Shown in pieces: positions 25,844 through 37,800 of a DNA stretch of 39,900 bases; the stretch's first letter is position 1; each line of letters starts with the position of its first letter. The notes below the pieces were generated by a model, which was not told the origin of the DNA, ran no database searches, and saw nothing but the letters and a program-made list of their open reading frames with translations. Both the position numbers and the translations under genes were made by a program. The stretch is taken from contig NOWV01000125.1 of NCBI GenBank assembly GCA_003344405.1, forward strand, positions 186,001-225,900, read 5' to 3'. This stretch comes from Trichoplax sp. H2 (lineage: Eukaryota).

Positions 25844-27559
25844 TAACCTTCTTTACTATATAAATTCATCAGAAATTCGAAATTTTCTAATTATAGGATC
25901 GCAGTACTGACATACGTCAGGATGATCATAACGCAATCCAAGTATCTGCAAGATAGTTAAAGATTGCTAAGATTACCACATCGAACAAAGTTCAGACTAT
26001 TCCGAATCGTAAAAAATTTTTAAAACCGCTATTCTAAATTATAGCGTAGCTAAGACTGTTATTATTGAATGGATTACTATTTATTGTGTTATATTTTGAA
26101 TTTTGAACTACAATCATGATCCAAAGTTAAATGAGCAAGGAATATTAAAACTTGGAGAACAATAAGCCGATTCGAATTTACAAAGCGTACCTAACAATTA
26201 ATTGAAACTTTTAATCGAATAAAATAATGGAATCACATCAGTACCAGGATTATCCTAAAAACGATCTTAAGCACTATACGATAGCCGATCCGTTTCTATT
26301 TGTTCATGTTACAATTGGGTTGCTACTTGTCTGATGTTGGGAATAAGAGATACTCCAAATATTAGTGGGGCAAATTACCTTTATTTTCCCATGGGTGTTT
26401 AGACGCTATTCGACTTCACACTAAATATATACATGTACATCTTCGGATATAACCACTGATCAGTGATCTAAAATGCAGCCTGATGACTGACTAAGACAAA
26501 CTCTTCGCTGCAGTATATCAGTACAATATATGGCAAAATCTAACAAAATCACAAGAGCTTAAGAAGACTGTAATGATTTCAGCTAGTTACACTACTTATA
26601 TAAATCAACAGTTGGTAGTTGAAACTTAGTATTGGATTGTAGACTAATAGCCATGTTTAGTATGATGTACTGTATAGTAGAATTCTATATCCATCTAAAA
26701 CCTTATTTAGTAGCTCATAACCATAAGTTGTAATTAAAGATTCTACGTTACAATATAAATGACTATACACAGTAGCATGTTAAGTCACTATTAAAGCTAG
26801 AGGTAAAAGTGGATATGTAACTCATATAGTATATTAGGATATGGACAGTTAATTGAACCGTAGTACTGGTGGTCCAAAAAAATAAAATTTTACTAAATTA
26901 GATTAAAACTACAAATAATTGAAGTCCAAACAAAATAAACTAGACTTTTCTTGTCTTCTCTAACTTCAACTGCAATAAATTACCGAACTACGCCACCTTT
27001 TATATGCTACGCAGAGCAGTTGGTGGTATTAGACTATCCAACTATCACTCTAATGTAATCCAAATTAAACTAGCAATCAAACACACATGATAAGATAATT
27101 TATACCCTAGACTCCCGAAACTACTAAATTAATACTAAGTATAGTTTAGCTTGAAATTATACGTTTCTACAGTGCACACTAAGACAAAATAATAATCTCA
27201 GTCAAATGTTTTGGGTTCATACTGCATGAAATTACAAAGCAACATTAACTTCTACTGTAATTAATGATCAAAATTAATACACACATATTCTATTAACTAA
27301 ATATATCGCTTGAATTATAAAATCATAATATTTGATTCTCAATAAAAATCATGCTATGGATTATCTTAACTTCTAACCCGAATAAAGCAGTCGGGTTTAC
27401 GATATACTAAGATTCTAAGTAAAATCCACTATTATTGTAGTGAGATATCGAACCCTCCATCACAATTATAATCAACCAAATAAGTCATAATTTTAAAGTT
27501 AGAATGCTTATCACGATATAAAAACTAAGCTAGAATAATTGCAATGCAAGAACTTGAGG

Positions 27560-28554
27560 AAAATTCTAAAAATTATCCTTCATTACAGTACTTTGGCTAT
27601 TAAAACCAACGTCTACGTAAATACTGTAGTAATCATGTTGAATTATAGATGGTTTGCTGCAAAGTGTTGTTACTAATAATAATCTGAATAATTGTAAAAT
27701 AGCGTAGAATCTTGCGATGTGGACTGTAGCTGTAAATATTACGATAAGCATTTACGTAGGCAGCTTTTATATTATTCAATGATTCTGTCTAGAAGTCTTT
27801 CTAGTAGTTGTATTATGCTAGAGAAGAGCTATACGTAGATTATCTTCGTACAGTATAAAGATCTAATAAAATTTTAATTGTTCGCGAATTTTCGAACTTT
27901 GTAATCGGTTGTATCACAGTACCTCGCAAAGTACGAAAGCATCAACTAGCTACTGTCGTAATATAACCTGATATACACGCGATAATGTATTATATTCTAT
28001 AGGAGAGTGATATATATGCAAGATTGCAAATTTGATATCGGTATAACGTAGAACCTAGGATTTTTATTGAAAGCGTGTAGAGAGAGAGATAATTAAAATT
28101 ACCAATACAAATAGTATAATAGAATAAATGAAGGTCAGATGTTCCATCGATGTAGCTTAAGTAAAATTTGTAAGCAATCTACCAAATTTAAAAGAATAAG
28201 TACTCTGAGGCCTTCTAGTGTATCAAAAATATTAATACCAAATAACAAGCACAAATTGTACCCACGAAAGACTAAAGGTACGAAACAGCCAATTCAAATT
28301 ATTTTAATATAAAAATGAAATTACTAACAAATCACCAAAGGAGAGTATGTTAAAAATCATATTGCACTTACTATTAAGATACTAAATTTATGTATTATGA
28401 GTACTAAACATAAAAAATAAATTTCACTGCGCACGCCCAGCCGGCATTTTTGTGGAGCAGTGAAAATATCGGACGACAAGAAAAAAGTAAACTATAACTA
28501 TAATTACCAATAACTAAGATCGTTTAATAAATTAGCACTAGTAAATTAGTCCAT
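27560..28554 (-). pseudogene. Decayed class A GPCR pseudogene, copy B
   Basis: ATG GAC at 28554; ILSFGDLLVI (TM2); CLLFGINIFDTLEGLRVLILLNLVD with Cys (28249-51) exactly 24 codons before Asp (28177-79), the C3.25-D3.49 spacing; TM6-like MLIVIFTA at 27751. Many stops and frameshifts. Confidence 0.6.
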
Positions 28555-28873
28555 TGGCTATCTATATGAATTCATCAGAAATTCGAAATTTTCTAACTGT
28601 AGGTTTTCAGTGCTGACATACATCAGAATGATTATAACGCAATCCAAGTATCTGCAAGACAGCTGATGATTACTAAGATTAGATTACAATATCAAACAAA
28701 GTTCAAACTATCCCGACTCGACTTGTAAAGAAATTTAAAACCGTTATCCTAACTTATAACTTACTTAGATTAAAAGTCCGCTTCCGTAAGCCTTTTATTA
28801 TCCTAAATAACCGAATCACATATTGCCTTCAGTAATCCATAAAATTCAAATTAACTGATCGATTCGAGAAAAA

Positions 28874-31800
28874 TTAAGAAATATATTCAAAATGCCATTT
28901 AAGGACCTTATCTTTTTCGCCAGCCCTTGTTACTGCTTGATGAAATTCATCAGTTGCAAACACTTGTGTGCCATTAGTCTTTGTGTATATACAAGATTTA
29001 TATATTAATGTACTTTCAAATTTTGCAATCAAACAGTTTAAAGAATACAAATGTTCCAAAATTACTATTGTACTTAAAATACCTGTGCCGATTTCATGTC
29101 AGAATTTGAGCGTATAGAATCATGACCGTTATCATCCATGTGTTCGTTATCATGGCTATTAAGAACGTATAAATCAGCTATTAGTAGAATCGCTGGGCGC
29201 ACAATCTAATAACCGATACAGGTACTCTGCCCGTAGAAAAACTAATTAAATTACAATACTATAGTTTCTGTGAGTTTAATAAATTTTTTAATTGTCAATT
29301 TTGAAAGTGCTAGTGATTTACATGGAAAGTAGACTCATTTACAATTGCAGTCTTAATAACAACTTTGTAGTATTAAGGATGACATGTACGATATTGATTT
29401 ATTATAGTGAAATGGCTTGCATTAAAAGCAAGCAGAAGTGGGATAAATAATTACTATTCTCACCCCGTAATAGATGCCTTATAATATTTATTTCTTCCCT
29501 CTTCATTAATGGATATATTTTCCACCTGAGAATTCTGTATTAAATAGAAGCAACTTTATAATTTAACTGCTGAAGTCTTTTTTAATTGCCACATCTGTTC
29601 TATTTAGATCTATTCGTGATGATCGAAATAGCCTTAAAATTTCTTAGTTTTAACTACTTATTTCAATTTCACTTATTACCCTAATTTGTCTATTTTAATA
29701 AAAGACAGTAGTGTGTCCATATATTTTAAGTTATGGGCTTTACTGCAACAATATGCTGTTAAAGAAAAACTATCTATCAACAGGCAGTCTTACTGTATAT
29801 TTACCTGACAATTAATGCAGCAGTAGAAAACGAAGATCAATATACCCTATAAATTAAAAAGTAATATATTTATGTTATAGCTCGCATTAACGTTATAAGC
29901 TGTCAAAAGAATTTTAATAAGAAAAAGAAGTCTAGAATACAATTAGAATAAAAGCTTAAATAGTGTATACAATTATTCATCACTTATTCTTAAACCGCAT
30001 ATAATACAACTCTATGATCTTTATCTGATCTTAATAGATTAAATACCTGCAACATTGAAGCTATTGCAAAAACATATTGCAAATCTGTACGCTGAAGGAT
30101 AACAAGAGCTGCAAATGTTATCCATCCGATACCGAATACTGGTAGTAAAAGAACAGGCGCATACTTGCTCCTTCTGTAGAGATTATGAAGCAACAGCAAT
30201 GTTACTTGACTGCACTTCAATCACAAAACCTAATTAACTTTGAGTCTATCGTTTAATTAAATACTATACAATGATCATTCAAATTTATGAAACTTATTTT
30301 AATAATCTCTTTAAGAAAACCGACAATTGTGCTTTTCAATTGACAGAAAATTTCTTAATTTATAGAGAATTTTTAAATCTCGAGGTGTCAAAAGAAATAT
30401 TTATCCTCCGAGTTCAATACAACTTATTCAACACAATAATAGGACCCTTATAATTTACCTTATATTCATAATTCCAGCGTTATTGGCTGTTCGATCGATA
30501 TTTAGTTTCTGATTTCCTTTAGAATCAACTTGAGTAGATCTAAACACCACAGCAGCGGTAAGCTAAAGTTTGTAGTAAGATGTACGAAGATGAAGTTACT
30601 CTCATAAACTAGCATTGTTTCTGTTAAACTATTTTACAGTATACATCATATTATTGAATTTCTGTACAGATTAATGAAATCTTCATCCAAGCAGAAAAAT
30701 TAAGCTTAGACTATAAAAAGTGTTACTATATCATTTATAGGTGGTTACAATTTCAATATCCACCATGTGAGAACGTGATGGGGTAACTATGTTGCAATCT
30801 GCAGGGGCTCGTTATCTGGCCATTCTGCTAGAAGTACTCCAGCTACAGTTCCTTTCTCGTTATTACTACTAACAACTGTTACTTGACCGCAGTTAAATCT
30901 AGGAAGATTCTTTATTTGTACTTTAGATTTGTAAACTGAAACCAACAATGCGCCTTCCTCGAGGCACTGATCCTAAAAACTGCCGAATAGTTACTTGATA
31001 CTGCCCTTATATACTCATAATCCAATATGTATCAATGAGCATACGATACAGTGGTTATGACTGCACGCCATAATTGCCCTATACTACTTCCACCGCTAGA
31101 AATAAAATCGTGATAAGCACACGCATAGCGGTACTAACAGTAATTATGACAACCAAAACATTCAGAATTACAATAACCTATCATGGTACTCAGATTGTGG
31201 TCATGGTATTGAAAATTTAGTCACAATGGCAGTATTACTCACAAAACTAAGTCGGATATCATGATTAATTTAGAGAGTCACACTATAGTGAACTTACTAA
31301 TATCATAACACCAATCGGAATGACATAAGCTAGGAAGATAGGAGGACTTGTAGACAACCAACATCTGAGATTAAAAAGAACGAGTATGTATCTGATTTTA
31401 GTAACATGATACACAAACTAGAGTAGCTTGCAGCATTAGTATTAGATTGCTCATCTTACACTTGACCATTCAGATAAAAGTTGATTCCTTTGATAGCGAC
31501 AGTAATAACAGCTGTAAGAATAGCTAACAACCCAGGCAAGACTAAATAGTAGAGTAAAGCAATAAGATAAGAGCTGGAATAAGAGAATGGTTACAATTAT
31601 TGACTGAAGATTTCTTATAATAATTACAAGAATAATTACAAAATTATTTTCGTATATTGATATATTTATTTAGACCTTTCCAATTGATTTCTTAATACCT
31701 TATGTGGTTATTTTAAAACTGTTAAATGTGCGCTAGTTTATAATTGATCGTATATTCTTTAATGTCAACTTACTAAAGCCAATGGCCATAAATGGACTAA

Positions 31801-34800
31801 ACCCAAACTTGCTATCAAATCCATTGGTTAATAGTTTATAGATATATATTTGTTCTACTAGTTGCCAGCTGAATATCATCAAAATACTTAAATGTAGAGC
31901 TACTGATATAGCAACACACAATGGCTAGAAATATGAAAACAAATTTTTGTTAGAATAAATAAGGTCAAAAATTTTAGTTTTAAATGCACCAAAATTTGTT
32001 CATTGCTAATACGTAATAGAAGTTTCTATTCCTTTACCTTATGCTGTATCTGTATCAGGCCAGATATAACCAAAATATGACTGATCATCACCGACAAAAA
32101 TAGATTTATCCTAATGACGTCAAGAGTGCGGAAAAATTGCCTGTATCGTAGATGAAAACATTAAAGATAAGCTATCAATGCCTCACTAACATAAAATATT
32201 GTTATGAAATTATTCAAGCAAAATAACTATAATGATCAAGATTGAAAGCCGCTATAAATATAGTACTATCAGATACCTGAACCATTTACGAATGAAGTGA
32301 TAGAGAGTTTTTGTCATGAATGCAAATTTACTACAAATGCACTATTTTTATTTGAGAATGAATTGGAATATATTATATATCATTTGAGTACTTAGTATAT
32401 ATCAATAGTATCAAAAATGCAAATAAACTTAGTGTTTGTATCAGTAAATCTATAGAATTTTACTTATGCCCAGGAGTAAGTAAATATTTACCCAATTGCA
32501 TTGCTATCATTGATACATTCGTTACTTATATGTCTAATTCTGATCTCCTGCGACATACCTAGTTAAACTATTTTGTAAGAATATCCTAGAAATATGCCTT
32601 ACACTTACCTCCAGAAAATACAACATGTGATTAGCGCTAATAGTGCACACAAAATAGCAATACCACAACCAACGTATGTTATTACGTGCAGGGTAAACGA
32701 TGATGACGGTTCCTAGATCAAATTTTATAATATGCATCTGTAATACTAAAGTACTGATCGATTGTCAAAATACATACAGTATGTTTAAGTGTAAATTTGC
32801 TCTTAGTGGACTAGTCGAGCATTATTTTAGTATAATTTATGTGATTTAGAACTTACAGTTTGATTCGATATGATTAGTAGTGATGCGAATGTAGTCATAT
32901 GATTGCAATAACATACAGTTTGGCTAGCATTAGATTCTGGCCCTACTCTGCAACCAGCGGAAGACCACTTGCAGTTGCTGATTGCAGAACAAACAGAGTA
33001 TATTAAATTGATTCTATTTGAAGGTATTTCTTACACTACGATATTCATACAGATCGTGTGACAATAAAATCTTGTCAAAGACAAATGTGTTATACATATA
33101 ATACTTTGAATTGCTACATATTACTCAAAATAATCTTCTCAAGTTACTTATAATATTAAGTAATCGTATGGTAAGCTACGGTATATACTTTATAAAAATA
33201 AGCTATAGATCTAATGTCTATCTACAATATCACTAAATAAATTTATGGCATTGACTTTGTTATCGAAGTGGGGTTTTTCCGAGAAATAAATGATATTTCA
33301 AAATTACAAACAGATAAAGTGCGTTTACTCTATTACTGTAATTAAGAACAAAGAGTTAACATTTATTAATCGCTTAACCTATATACCAAGTTTAAGCAGG
33401 ATTAATAATTAAGTTAGTTATTAAACTTACAAGTAGCTTTAAATTACCTTTCAGAACAATCCCAATAAGTACATTGGCTTTGCAGTGAGTTATTTTCATT
33501 AGCGATTGCCTATTGACGAAAAGATGCATAAAATTTCTATTCTATTGTTATAAATTTCTACATAATTACCCATTTATCGTTAAGTTTTTCATAATTTTTC
33601 CGTGGTAAATTAGTATAATATGTTCTAATAAAAGTCTAATTATAGAGCTGACAAACTCTGCTAACATAATTTGTAAAGTTTGGATAATGTCGACTACAAC
33701 ATTATACAAATAATTTAAATGTTAGATAAAATGAACATATACCCGTATATCCTATCATTCACAATATAATTAACCAATATGCTAAAGATCAAAGTACGAT
33801 TTACATTTTTGTTGGATATAGTAAACCTAAATTCTGATGGTAGTGGTGTTGGTGGTTTAGGTTGAAGAGAAATGGAAAAAACTTTGGAATTAATGACCAC
33901 TCGCGTAATATCGGTACTGTGATAATCATGATTTATATACATGTTAGAATAAGTTAACATATTTTTAATAAGAAATAATTACCTATGCAATCATGATGTA
34001 ATGTATATTTACACTAGAATAACTTGAATTTAAGTTCGTGTTATTGCTTGATTAAAATGGAATCAATCTAATCTAACTTGTAGGGTACTAATTTGCTATA
34101 ATCTCCAATTATTTAGAATATTTATTTATTCTGCAGTTAAAACGGTAGAAATTTCAAAACCTGTTATTGCCAGTCGCGGAAGGAAGAATTCTATCTAGCG
34201 ATGTATAGCTTGTTAAGGTAATTTTATCGTCTATTATAAAGATAATACGAAACGGTCAAGAAATGACGGAATATCATAGATTTTTAACTACCGCAATGAT
34301 AATAATCAATTGCGTTATTACAATAGACTCTTTGGCAATAATTTGATATTAAAACTGCCAAGTGTACATGATAATAAATAATTAATTGTACAACCGATGC
34401 TTACAATTTTTTCTTTGAAATAGTTCCTTAGCCAATGAAATTACTAAGTTATCTGACGAACTACTATCTGTATTAGCTGTTGAAGTCGATAACTCGAAAC
34501 CAGAAGTTGTGGTTGTATTTGTAACTTTGTATACCTTTAACTCTGTTCATATTAAATTTAGAATTTAATATTCCGAGCGAATATTAAAAACTGGATTATT
34601 TTAGCTAAATGCTCTAGAAATTGATATACCTCAATAAGATTTAATATCATTTAATCAATATTCGCAATATAAATTAAAAGCATAGTGCGATGAAATTTAG
34701 CATTTTTAAATTTAAAGTACGGGACGTGTTCTCTATTAAATGCAATTGCTTTTGTTAAACCTATACAAGCTAATTTTATTTTATTAGCCATACCTAATAC

Positions 34801-37800
34801 AGGCGTTGATATAACGAATTCGGTAGTATTTTCACTTAAGACGACCTTGTCAGCCATATTTTCTAGTACGTCCATTATAGATGAGTTTCCTTGAACCGCC
34901 TGATCCAACTATAGTTCACAATATTTCAGTTTCAAAATAATTAAGAATAGCAAAAATTAAACTCAAAATTATTAAGATTGCTAACATTTTCGCCACTATA
35001 CTAATAGCACAGTAATATATATATTCGTTAGCTATGACAAATTTTAATATCCACCTCACCTGTTGTGAATCCTTCAGTTGATTAGCATTACTAGCATTAA
35101 GTAATTTACTTTGAACCGTCGCAAATTTCTAAGTATAGATATCAAATTTATAAATCAGACTTAGGTTTGTTTTTATAAAGAATATACATAGTGAATGCAA
35201 ATACGACAAACTATAACGCTAATAAAATGTATGTGATTCTTGATAGCTCAAACACAAGTTAAGATATTTGAAATCATACCTATCGGTTAAAATCAGTATT
35301 AGAAGAAATGCTTCGCATTAAATTGAATAAGTTGTGTAGGAACTGTACTACAACTGATCAAATTTCAACCAAAATTCTCGTAAAGGTCTTACTTCACATA
35401 TTGCTCAACCTTAAATATCCTACTAGTCGGTTTTACGTTAATACTACAGTCAAATATTCAGCCAAAAAATTAATTCCTCTCGTACTTATACGCAATATTT
35501 AATTTTCATGCTTATCAAAAATGTGTAAAGATTTAAAGCTAATGACGGATAGTTTTACTCTAATCTCATAGTGTCAGCATATTTACAAACCAGAAAAAGA
35601 TAATACTTTCGTGCTAATACAGCATAGCTAGTAACAATAAATAATAAATTGAATCAATACCTAGAAATATAGATCATAGAAAATAGGACATACCTCTAGT
35701 AAAGGCGGAGTTACAGTATTAGAAACTTGATTGATTTTAGCCAAGAGATTTATTGCTACCTTCATATCGGCTCCTTTTAATCCTGACGTTAAGCTGATGG
35801 CATTATCAAGTTTATTAATTGCAACTTGTGTTCCATTTTGTCCCTCCTTGTCTAAGGTATTACTCTATTTCGATTAACACAATATATTAGACTGTTATAC
35901 GTTATTATTTATTAATCACTGAATGTATTAAACAATTATTTACGTAAAGTTAAGTGCAATTTGAATAAAAATGTACGCTACAATATTTCATGACATAATA
36001 AAGTAACTACAATACCGCACCATGTTCGAGATTGCTTCAAATTGTGGCGATAAACAATTTGCTGTATTAATTCGACTAAAAACTTGGTGAGTACTGTTAA
36101 AGCTATTGCAGATACGCGATGCTGTTCCTAAAATAGAATAAAGGCAACGTTGGATTCAACTTACTATAACGATAACCAGTCTGTTAGAAATTGATAATAA
36201 AGAAGTAATAAAAATACTGCGTGTAATTATATTAATTAGCTAGAATCTAAAATTATACAGCAATATATTATATATAGTTAGAAATAGAGTATCACTTATG
36301 ATAGTCTCGGCTAAGGAATAAGAAATTTCTTGCCATTTCTCCTATTAATTATTAACAATAGACGAAGATATGATATATAAACGAATTGAATTTTAACAGA
36401 ACCTTGTGAAGGTGGTGGACAAAACGCAGTTGCTATTTGTCCTGAAAATGTCTTTGGCCAACGAATATCAGCTTCAATTATTGCATTGCAGTAGCTATCA
36501 ATATTGTTATCTAAATATTCAAAAAATTTCCGCCAATCAACAATTGAAATACAGAAATAATTAATTTTAAAATATAAACGAAATTCCACTCTAGAATTTA
36601 TTATTATCGACCACGATATTACTATACCGTTAACAATGACTTGTGCTGCATCCGTTGTAGTGAAATTTTTTATATTAGAGATATTACATCGATAGGTGCC
36701 AGAATCGACCAAGGCTGCTTTATAAATGGTAAGTGAACTACTATTCGATATCCTCCGAATAGTATATATCGATCCTACTTTTTGACCATTTTTCAGCCAC
36801 TCTATTGTTGGCACTGGCTCGCCATAACCTTCGCATCGTAGTGTGATATTAGAATCAGCTACTGTAGTGATACTCTGGGGAGATACTAAGACCTCAGGCG
36901 AGACTAGAAGTAGTTAAATATTTGTTGGCAAAATAAGTAACAAAATATACCATGTTATTCGTACGCTACATGATATTAGACATTCATGAATATTTGTCAA
37001 GACCAACTTATGCTAAGTATAACTTGAATACGAATAGGTAGCCAAGTATAAATATATAAAGATAACTAACCTGCATCAAATGTTTGATAAAATATTGGTG
37101 TACTATAGGGCCCAAATCCTACTAAGGTAGAAGCGGCAACTCTTATTGAATAGTTCCTTAATGGTGTCAAATTGGTTAAGGTGTAGCGAGTAATATTGCT
37201 GGTAGTCAAATGAACTAAAACATTTCTTCGAAAACGAGCTCTGCCAACATTGTTATATTCAATCCGATAATGTGTGATAATACCATTACGATCTGCAATT
37301 GCTGGTGGTTGCCAACTGACCGAAACGGATGTCGATAGTGACGAACCCATCGATGCAACGATATTAATAACCGATTTTGAGGGTACTAATATGTATATAT
37401 GAGCAAAATGTAATTGTTAATACAGTACTCCATATTATAAATTAATAATACGATTACAGTTCTGAAATTGAAATTAATATCTCTGACCTGATTGTAATGT
37501 CATTATGTAAGCTAATGAACTAAGTGGACCAATTCCAGCTGAAGTAAAACCTTGTATTGCTACGCTATACCTTGAATAATAGTCCAAATCTGTAGCAATC
37601 AACGATCTTGTATTTCCTGATAAACTGATTTGATTTACTAAAATTGTTCTATTGCTTGTAGATCCAAGTTTTGTATTACTTAAGATTAAGTAATATCCTG
37701 ATATAATACCATTCTTTTCATTCTCTGGAATAGCCTTGAAGGCAATCATACATGGGTCAGAATGCTACTGTAACTGAAATTTGAATTTTCATAACTCTAA

